Source: a virus
Lineage: Duplodnaviria; Caudoviricetes
Virus record (IMG/VR): IMGVR_UViG_3300033076_000518
Coordinates: 1-30,415 of that record
Direction: 5' to 3' (one strand)
Length of the DNA: 30,415 nt
Position numbers and translations under genes: made by a program. Within the stretch, counting starts at the first letter, position 1, and each line of letters starts with the position of its first letter. The notes below the pieces were generated by a model, which worked only from the letters and a program-made list of their open reading frames with translations, was not told where the DNA came from and made no database searches. This document shows positions 6,924 through 14,800 of the stretch, one piece after another.

Positions 6924-9550
6924 ATTGAGGAAGTAATTCCTGTAATGTAACCAGTTGGGTTTGTACTGTTGTATGGTGTGAAACCTAATGCGGTAGTAAT
7001 TTGTGAACTGTTTAATGACAATCCTGTTGGTGCTGTCCAGGTTGGTTTACCTGTACCGCCACTTGTCAATAGGTAACCTGATGTACCAACATCCGTGTTA
7101 CTTGTTGTGTTTGCGGCAGATTGGTATAGAACTTGACCTGCGGCACCACCTTGTCCGCCTGTGTAACTTGGTGATACGTTGTTAACCAATGTAACTGTGT
7201 ATGCAAAAATGTCAACCAAATCACCTGATGCACAAGCTGCACCCAAAACAATGGCTGTTCCTGATGATGATGTGTAGTCTGCTGCACGTAATAGAACACC
7301 GTTTAGATAAACTTGTACGTAACCAACAGTATATGTTGCAGCAAATGATGTTTGACCAGCTGTGGCAGTATATGTGCTTCTAGTGAATGTTGTTGCACCG
7401 ATACCAGCAGAACCACCAGTAATCAATGTTGTTGTTGCACCAGTAACTCTACCGTATGCGTCAATTGTTAGAATAGGAGTTGTTGTGGATGAACCATAGT
7501 TACCTGCAATAACACCAGATGATGCCAATGGTGTGTTGGCTGACGATGTTACACGACCTTTGCCGTCAACGGTAATAACTGGGATAACCAAACCACCACC
7601 GAATGTACCTGCGGTTGCACCAGAGTCGCCCAACCTTGCAGTAGGAATTGTACCTGCGGTCAAGTTGGTTGCATTTGCACTAAATGCAGTTGTTGCAAAT
7701 GATGTGTTACTTGTGCCGCCTGCCATTGTAACACCTTGAACATCACCAGTGAATGTTGCACCAGCCAATGCAGCCTTACGGGTTTCAATGTCTTGGATTG
7801 CCAACTGAATTGTGTTAGCAGAAGAAACAATACCACTAAATGGTGCGGTAAATGTAATGTTGTTTGCGTAATATGGATTTACATAGTAACCATCCACTTC
7901 AATCAATATTGAATCACCGTTTGGTGGTGTTGTTGTGAATGATATTGTATTTGCGCTTTGGTTCAGAGAATATTCAGATTCAAATTGACGCACACCATTA
8001 ATATAAGCACGAACTTGTGTGCCTGTTGTGAAAGTTGGTGTGTTGTATGTGTTGCCTGTATAACCTGCTGCGCCGTTGGCAGTATAACTCAAACGTGTGG
8101 AGTTAATGGATGTTCCTGGAACTGCGCCTGAAGAACCACCCGTGCCACCTGCTGCCCAATAGAAGTTACCTGGACCACCTGTTGTCAAAACATAACCAGC
8201 TGTTGTACCAGTTGGCAAGATGTTTGTCAATGCCGAAGCTGCTGATGTTGCACCTGTACCACCTTGACTTAATGCCAAAGGAGTTGTTAGTGTCAATGAG
8301 TTGAATGTTGGTGATGCAGTTGTTCTTAAATCTTGTGAAGTGCTGATAGCAAATGTGTTTGAACCAACCGATGTGATTGTTACGCCGTTGTTACTTGAGA
8401 AAGTAACTGTGTTTGCGGTAAAAGATCCTGTTGTACCAACAAATGTGGCAGCAGCTGCGTTCGCCTTTGCATATGCAGCAGTTGCATATACACCAGGATA
8501 ATCATCGGTCAACATACGGTAATATGTCGATGTGCCAACGTTCTTCACATCGAAGTATGCACTGGACTCATTCCAACGAATGGATGCGTTTGCACCAGAT
8601 GAACCACGGTTAACTTCAAATGCACTTATTTGTCCTGTACCAGAACCAGCATTCAAAGTGAAGTTGTTTGAGTTGTAAACGGTTGAACCGTTGATAACAA
8701 AGTTACCACCAACACTTAATTGACCCACAGTTTGCAATGAACCTGCAAAAACTGTTGCACTATTTGCATCAAGTGATGATGAAATGTTTGCTGTTGGTGC
8801 AAACAATGAGGTGTTTGCTCGCAATATATCTGTATATGTTGTATCAGAAACACTTAGGTCTACTGTATTGATAGAAGTATTACCCTGCAAAGTGTCGGTG
8901 TAAGTTCTTCCTGAAACACTTGCTGTTACCGCTTTTAATATTTCTGTGTTAACTGAGTTGTTTGCTTGAACAACACCTGTAAGGATACTGGTGTTTGCTT
9001 GTATAACTTCAGTTAGAATACTGTTATTGGCCTGCAACGCATCAGTCAACATACTTGTGTTTGACTGCAATACATCTGTAAGAATGCTTGTGTTTGCTTG
9101 TAATGTTGCAGTCAAAACACTGGTGTTTGCCTGAACTTTATTTGTGGTTGTTGTGTAACGAACTGTTGAATTTCCACCAACATATGCATTGTTGGCCACA
9201 GACAAACCGATACCAGAACCTTGTGCAACCAATAGTCCGTTTATGTTTGCCTGACCTGCGTTAGTCAAACCTAGAGTAGTATTTGAAAAGTATACTTGGC
9301 CACCAACAGTTAAGTTGTTTTGGATCGAAGCGGAAGAACCTGTACCTTGTACCAACAGTTGTTTTTGTACTACAATGTTACCGTTAGCTTGTAAGGAGTT
9401 TTGAGTTGTTTCGTTTAGATACAAAGTTCCGGATGATTTGGTGTAATCACCAGCCGCCAGAATATTGTTCTCGGAAATTAATGAGTCGGTTGCAACCAAC
9501 CAATCACCAAACGTGTTGGCATAACTTAATGTTGTTATTGTATTAGCCAT
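6494..9550 (-). CDS. Long tail fibre protein with C-terminal peptidase S74 chaperone
   Basis: N-terminus NTFGDW...T is typical of baseplate-anchored fibres. G/T/S/N-rich shaft with VYxNGV Ig-like modules; C-terminus YYSDDNLK...GVSAQEVQAVLPE...VHYERIIPLLIEAIKEL. Confidence 0.88.
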   Translation of the reverse strand: MANTITTLSYANTFGDWLVATDSLISENNILAAGDYTKSSGTLYLNETTQNSLQANGNIVVQKQLLVQGTGSSASIQNNLTVGGQVYFSNTTLGLTNAGQANINGLLVAQGSGIGLSVANNAYVGGNSTVRYTTTTNKVQANTSVLTATLQANTSILTDVLQSNTSMLTDALQANNSILTEVIQANTSILTGVVQANNSVNTEILKAVTASVSGRTYTDTLQGNTSINTVDLSVSDTTYTDILRANTSLFAPTANISSSLDANSATVFAGSLQTVGQLSVGGNFVINGSTVYNSNNFTLNAGSGTGQISAFEVNRGSSGANASIRWNESSAYFDVKNVGTSTYYRMLTDDYPGVYATAAYAKANAAAATFVGTTGSFTANTVTFSSNNGVTITSVGSNTFAISTSQDLRTTASPTFNSLTLTTPLALSQGGTGATSAASALTNILPTGTTAGYVLTTGGPGNFYWAAGGTGGSSGAVPGTSINSTRLSYTANGAAGYTGNTYNTPTFTTGTQVRAYINGVRQFESEYSLNQSANTISFTTTPPNGDSILIEVDGYYVNPYYANNITFTAPFSGIVSSANTIQLAIQDIETRKAALAGATFTGDVQGVTMAGGTSNTSFATTAFSANATNLTAGTIPTARLGDSGATAGTFGGGLVIPVITVDGKGRVTSSANTPLASSGVIAGNYGSSTTTPILTIDAYGRVTGATTTLITGGSAGIGATTFTRSTYTATAGQTSFAATYTVGYVQVYLNGVLLRAADYTSSSGTAIVLGAACASGDLVDIFAYTVTLVNNVSPSYTGGQGGAAGQVLYQSAANTTSNTDVGTSGYLLTSGGTGKPTWTAPTGLSLNSSQITTALGFTPYNSTNPTGYITGITSSMVTTALGYTPATNASAQITSLGVGTAASGTTGEIRATNNITAYYSDDNLKTRIGNIEGALDKVMTLNGFYYEANETAQALGYTVKKEVGVSAQEVQAVLPEVVVPAPIDDKYLTVHYERIIPLLIEAIKELKAEVDELKGQTK
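8935..9135 (-). repeat. Six tandem 11-aa (33-bp) repeats QANTS[IV]LTxx[LIV]
   Basis: QANTSVLTATL QANTSILTDVL QSNTSMLTDAL QANNSILTEVI QANTSILTGVV QANNSVNTEIL. Confidence 0.9.
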
Positions 9551-9551
9551 T

Positions 9552-9770
9552 TTAACCTTTTTTCAGTAGTTGAAGCATCATTTGTTTAATTTCCAGAACG
9601 TCACCTTTGATGCTATCCATTTCTTTCTTTACTGTATTTATTTCTTGCTTCTGGGACTCTATCAGTTTTCTTTTCAAATAGTATTCATCTCTTGCTGCAC
9701 TATCTTTGTTAACCAATGCCATGGTATTGGTATCACGATACATGTTGGTGCCTTCTATCTTCACCAACAT
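9552..9770 (-). CDS. Small conserved coiled-coil protein following VrlC-like genes
   Basis: MLVKIEG.NMYRD..TMALVN.D followed by a coiled coil. Start placed at ATG 9770, 1 nt after the upstream stop, rather than at 9800. Confidence 0.75.
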   Translation of the reverse strand: MLVKIEGTNMYRDTNTMALVNKDSAARDEYYLKRKLIESQKQEINTVKKEMDSIKGDVLEIKQMMLQLLKKG

Positions 9771-9771
9771 A

Positions 9772-11427
9772 TTACAATCCTGTTCCTGATGGTAGTGCAA
9801 TTGTTCGCATGTCTTTTACAAACGGTGCGAATGTGGAATCAGAGGACGACATAACAATCTTAATCATGTATTGGTAATATGATGTGTATGAGAAACCAGT
9901 TTTCTTACTTGTGTAACTCAATGCATTATCTGCAACACCATTTACACCAGGTGCAGCTTCATACTCAACAATGTTGTTCATTGAACTAGAGTATGTGGAA
10001 CCACCACTAACTAATGTCATTAATTGCCAATCACCATCGTTGATTGTTTGAGTATCTTCTCTAGCAACAACTTTGTAGTATACATTAATGTCTGTGTTCA
10101 CTGGTCTGTAAGCGGAGAAGAACACACGTAAGTCACCTGAATCATTACCTTCAGTCAAAGTAACTGGTTGTGTTACGTATCTTGCCAGACCATTACCACC
10201 AGTTGCGGAAGTTTCGCCGTTGATTTGTACTATGGATTGTGTGGTATTTGATGGTGTAACTGAGACTGTTGGTGTGGTTAAATAACCAGAACCTTCTGTT
10301 GTCACATAAACACTTACGATGTTGCCCATGTATACGTTTGCTGACACATATGCCTGTGAACCCCAAACTGCATCTGGTGCTGATACTGTAATATCGGGAT
10401 AAGATAGTGTGGTGTTTCCGTTTGCTGAATAACCTGTACCACCATTCACCAAGATGATATTATCGTTGGCAATACCCATGTTGTTGATGCGATAACGTGT
10501 TGTGAATAGTGTCAAACCATCCTCAGACACAACAGGACTTACAGAATCATCTGTACTTGCCAATGTTGCTTGCAATTTGAATGATGTATTTGACTGATAA
10601 TTCAATACACGACTACCTTTGTTGTCGTTCAGGTAAATATCTTCTGGCTTTGGCGTGCCATATTTACCAGGATTAACTGCGTATGGACCATCCGAATCAC
10701 CACTTGTTAGTGTTGATGTATATTGATAGTTGACCGATGTTCCTGGTGGTGTGAAGTCTGTTGTGGACACATTCAATGCATCATACAATGAGTTGGATGT
10801 GGCCGTTGCCATATTGTTTTCGATGGTTTTACGTTGTGGTAGACCTGCTGGTACCACAAAGGACAATGTTGGTGATGCTGATGTGGTAAATTTACATCTG
10901 TTGATAACAAACATCAAGTCTTTCAACAGGTCAGCTGTCCATGTCATACCGTTTTGTGATTCGAACAAGTCACCGATGTAAGGTGTCTTTGTAATCTTAG
11001 TTGCTACGGTTGGGTTTGGATCGGTGTATTCTGCCTTGGATGTGGACAACAATGCAGAATCATTCTGTTGTGCCATCCACATAGTGTATTCACTTGAACT
11101 AGACTGAACCACAAACGCATACAATACGTTAGGGTTGATATAAACCGGAGAAGAAAATGTGAACTTTGTGTATGTGCTTGGATCTTTGTGGTGTGGGTTC
11201 TCTGATACGTTAACTTGATTTGCATCTAGTGAAACGACTGAGTAATCCAAAGATGAACCAACTGGGTAACCATTCAAGGTTGGAACAATACACAATTCGA
11301 TTGGAATATTTGTAGAAGGTTTTGTACGGAAGAACAGACAAATGGAACTCAAAAAGGTTCCATTAGGGTAGTTTGCACCATCAATAATAAATGTCTGTGC
11401 TACAGGATCAATAAGTTTCGTTGTCAT
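9772..11427 (-). CDS. C-terminal part of the VrlC/DUF4815-type virion protein, encoded as a separate ORF
   Basis: Begins MTTKLIDPVAQTF..G.FLSSI.LFF.TK; contains GDLFESQNG.TWTA...DLMF and ends IKIVM.S....P.VKDMRTIAL. Has its own AAGGA RBS. Confidence 0.85.
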   Translation of the reverse strand: MTTKLIDPVAQTFIIDGANYPNGTFLSSICLFFRTKPSTNIPIELCIVPTLNGYPVGSSLDYSVVSLDANQVNVSENPHHKDPSTYTKFTFSSPVYINPNVLYAFVVQSSSSEYTMWMAQQNDSALLSTSKAEYTDPNPTVATKITKTPYIGDLFESQNGMTWTADLLKDLMFVINRCKFTTSASPTLSFVVPAGLPQRKTIENNMATATSNSLYDALNVSTTDFTPPGTSVNYQYTSTLTSGDSDGPYAVNPGKYGTPKPEDIYLNDNKGSRVLNYQSNTSFKLQATLASTDDSVSPVVSEDGLTLFTTRYRINNMGIANDNIILVNGGTGYSANGNTTLSYPDITVSAPDAVWGSQAYVSANVYMGNIVSVYVTTEGSGYLTTPTVSVTPSNTTQSIVQINGETSATGGNGLARYVTQPVTLTEGNDSGDLRVFFSAYRPVNTDINVYYKVVAREDTQTINDGDWQLMTLVSGGSTYSSSMNNIVEYEAAPGVNGVADNALSYTSKKTGFSYTSYYQYMIKIVMSSSDSTFAPFVKDMRTIALPSGTGL

Positions 11428-11857
11428 TTAATTCCTTCGGTATGTTATTTTCTTTTTCAAGAACGTCTAACATATTATTTATTAGATGTTTTGCATCTTC
11501 TTTCTTGTTTTCTACCAGTGCGGCCACTACATTCCTTATGTGTCTGTAATTGATTCCGCTATAAATTGATATTTGTTCGTGATAAGGTTTACTCAAAATT
11601 CCCATCTTAGTAATCAACTTATCACATCTAACATAATACTCCACATTATCTTCTTCAGTTGAGTTATCTCTAAAATCTCTCAACAGTTGGACTTCTTTGT
11701 TGGTGTAATCACCAATACCATAATGTGTGATGTTGTATACAAAACAATTTTCTTGTCTACTCAATAATGTGGTCACACAATGTTCTTCATTCCCATGTTC
11801 CGCACAATGAGGACATGCCTCTTTTTGTGCGAAATATTCTTCAACGGTTATACCCAT
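11408..11857 (-). CDS. Stand-alone CFI-box-CTERM-like protein with an N-terminal CxxC/His cluster
   Basis: CFV....YG......EVQLLRDFRD......VEYY fits the recalled pattern CFIATAxYG...EV..LR.FRD...YY; N-terminus contains CPHCAEH....HC. Confidence 0.65.
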   Translation of the reverse strand: MGITVEEYFAQKEACPHCAEHGNEEHCVTTLLSRQENCFVYNITHYGIGDYTNKEVQLLRDFRDNSTEEDNVEYYVRCDKLITKMGILSKPYHEQISIYSGINYRHIRNVVAALVENKKEDAKHLINNMLDVLEKENNIPKELNDNETY

Positions 11858-11860
11858 ATG

Positions 11861-14800
11861 TTACTCGTATAGTTTCTTCCAAGATTTCTTAGCGTACTTG
11901 GTTGTTACAACTGCACCAGTTACCATAAATGCGGCAATCCAGAACAATGAGTTTGGAATGGACAATGCATTGAACTTCTTACCCATCACCATTTGTGTAC
12001 CGTTATTCCAAGACCATGTTGCATACTTTTCAAACACCTTGTTGTCACTACGCAACGCAGGAACCAACAACTTAGAACCGATAACTTGGTAACCACGGCG
12101 GAAGCATTCACCCAATGTCTTATTGTGTAGATACTTTTCACACCATTCAATCAAAGTATTCTTCTGATTGTCTGACCAGATACCTTTAGTGTTCAATGCA
12201 GTTGCAACCACACAACAACCACCGCCACCGGATGGAGGAGCAGTTCTAGTTTCTTTCACAATGACATTTTCTTTTCTTTCGATTGTTGTCTTTGTGTTCT
12301 TTGCAGAAGAAACGGATGCAGAGTAGTTAACTTCTTGTGACTTAGTTGCCAAACCTTGTGCGTGGAACTTAGCTTCCGCATAGGTAGTTTCTGAACCATT
12401 ATTGTAGAAGAAGTCGTTTGCGCCTTGTGATACCACACGGTTGTCAATACGGAACATTCTTTCACCAGAATGGAAGTAACCACCAGGCAATGTGAACACA
12501 CCAGAGATACTACCATTTTCGTTTGTTGTCAATGGTCCAATGGAGTATGTGTCGCCAGCAGAGTAGGAGATATTTCTATCCAAAGTTGCCACTTTTGTTG
12601 TGGTGTTGTATGCAGAAATGGTTGCCTTAGAACCATTTGGAATAGAAGACACACCAGTTTCAGAACCTGCAACAATCCACAAGTCTAGACCTGTGTAAAT
12701 GTCTGTTGTAGATGCCAATGAAGATGACAAGTTGATTGTGTTGGTGTTTGTGCCAACAGCAATTGTTTTACCTGAGTAGTGTACGGTCGAATCTTTGATG
12801 CCAGATGCACTACTACTTTGGTAAACACCAGAAGTGTTGAACTTGGCGTTAACGATTGTTGAACCGTAATTGGTTGTATTCAAGTCATCGACAACATACA
12901 AACGAACATTGCCATTTGTATATCTGTAAACGTCTGTAACGTAACCTGTCTTATAGAAAACAGAACTTGAAACATAACCAATAACGTCACCTGCTTGGAA
13001 TGTTCCAGATACACTTGACAATTCGATGATGTTTGGTTTTCTTACCAAACGAGTCACACGTTTGTCATCAAAGAAGGCGTTAACTGTTGTGTTGAACAAC
13101 AAACCTTTTGCTTGGAACATAATGTACTGTCCACGGATATATGGAAGAATACTTACGTTGGTGATATAGTTGCCGGTTTGGTTATAAGACTGTGACCAGT
13201 AACCATATGTGTATTGGTTTGTCTTGGTTGCAGTTGTTGTTTCAACGGTATAGTTGGCCTCATCTGTCCAAGTTGTGGTCTTTTCTGTACCTGGAATTGA
13301 TTGCCAGTCAGCAACAGATAATGTTGGGTTACCTTCCAACAAGTTCAAACTCTTTGATGCTTCGTATGTTTTTAGGTTTGGATCAACAAACAACAACGAT
13401 GGTTGTGTGTCATTGTCCACCCAGTTATCAACCGGTGGTGTCAATGTGATTGTACCGATTGCACTAGAAACTGCAAATGGGTTTACGTTAATTGTACGAC
13501 TTGCAAGTGCTTGTGTTGCGATTGGTTGTTCTGTATATGGCAAAGTATACATTGGAGACAAACCAAGTTGTGATGCCTTGTAACTCAAAGAGTTGAATGT
13601 TGCATCAGATAGGTTCGAACCGTGTGCGTACAACAGATTCTGGTTGTGCAATGCATAGTTTTTAACCAACAAAGCAGGAGACAAATACTGCAAACGTGTG
13701 TTGATAGATGCAGAGAAGTCGTCGTTGAATGTATCACCAACGGAGAATGTGGAGAAGTCATCTACCAAAATACCATTCTTAAATCTGTTCAGACCATTCG
13801 CATCTGGGATTTGCAAGTTGGATGCTTTTTGTTCCAACAGGTTCAATGATGCGTAGTATTCTAGGTTGTTAACACGTGTTTGTAGGTCGGAAATATCGCT
13901 GAACGCCCAACGTTTGTGTAGAACAGGTTGAATATTTACGTTTGATGCCTTACCTGCCACTTGTCCTGGAACATATGCTGTGTATGGATCAAGTGTGATG
14001 TTGGCCAACAACAGAGAACCTTCTGGTGTAACTGGTATGATTGGATTGATTGCTGGTTTACCTTCAATCAACTTGATTGCCTTGTCTTTACCGATAATCA
14101 AAATGTCTCTACGACCCAAGTAGTATGTGTAGTTAGAAACAAATGTTGATAGGTCAGCAGGCAAGAATAGACCAGAGTTGTTGGTGCTTGTTGGTGTTAC
14201 TTTGTAACGGAACACAAACGAACCTTGACCATTCAATACAGCAGGTCTAAAGTCCAAACAATCTTTCAATTCGTAGTTGATACGATTTGATGAGAAGTAT
14301 GTTGGGCGTTCTGTGAAACCAACGTTACTGTATGATTGTGCAGAGAAGTAACCATCACCACCAGAATGTTCGTAGTGGTCAAATAGAATCCACAATGACA
14401 ATGGTTTTGGTTTACCTGGTTTCAATGTGATGTATGCGTGACCATAGTAACTGTCTGTCTGACCATTGTTGAATGTGAAATGACTTGTTACGTCTGTACC
14501 TGTTGTCAACATTGATACGTTCGGTGTTCCTGTTCCTGTATCAATGATTTTAACGATACGTTTAACGTCAGAAACATATAGACTTTGGTTATTACCATAA
14601 TCTAAAACACTACCTTGAGCAATCCAGATTTGACCATTTGTTAGGTCAACGTGTGTGCCATTAACGATACCATCTGGACCATAGTAACTTTCAATACTTG
14701 TGTTTGCTTCAACCAATGTTTTGGTCTTCAACACATAGTTGGTATCACTAGCGTTAGTTACGTTAAGTTTGGTGTAGATTGTTGCAACAAATGGATTCAA

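Noticed and set aside
61-6960. Diversity-generating retroelement suggested by Mtd_N-like domains and a repeat pair
   Set aside because: No reverse transcriptase in the window. Both repeat copies are coding and their differences are not confined to adenines, and no C-type lectin tip was recognised.
570-9135. CRISPR-like arrays
   Set aside because: The repeats are degenerate, have codon-multiple periods and lie inside genes; there are no identical repeats separated by unique spacers.
11408-11870. VrlC split as an assembly error or pseudogene
   Set aside because: The downstream part has its own RBS and ATG just before the conserved motif, and the intervening ORFs are intact and tightly coupled.
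11408-12240. Group I intron, homing endonuclease or canonical intein at the VrlC split
   Set aside because: The insert is fully coding, leaving no room for a ribozyme core. No LAGLIDADG, GIY-YIG or HNH pattern is visible, nor an intein TxxH block or terminal HN-[CST].
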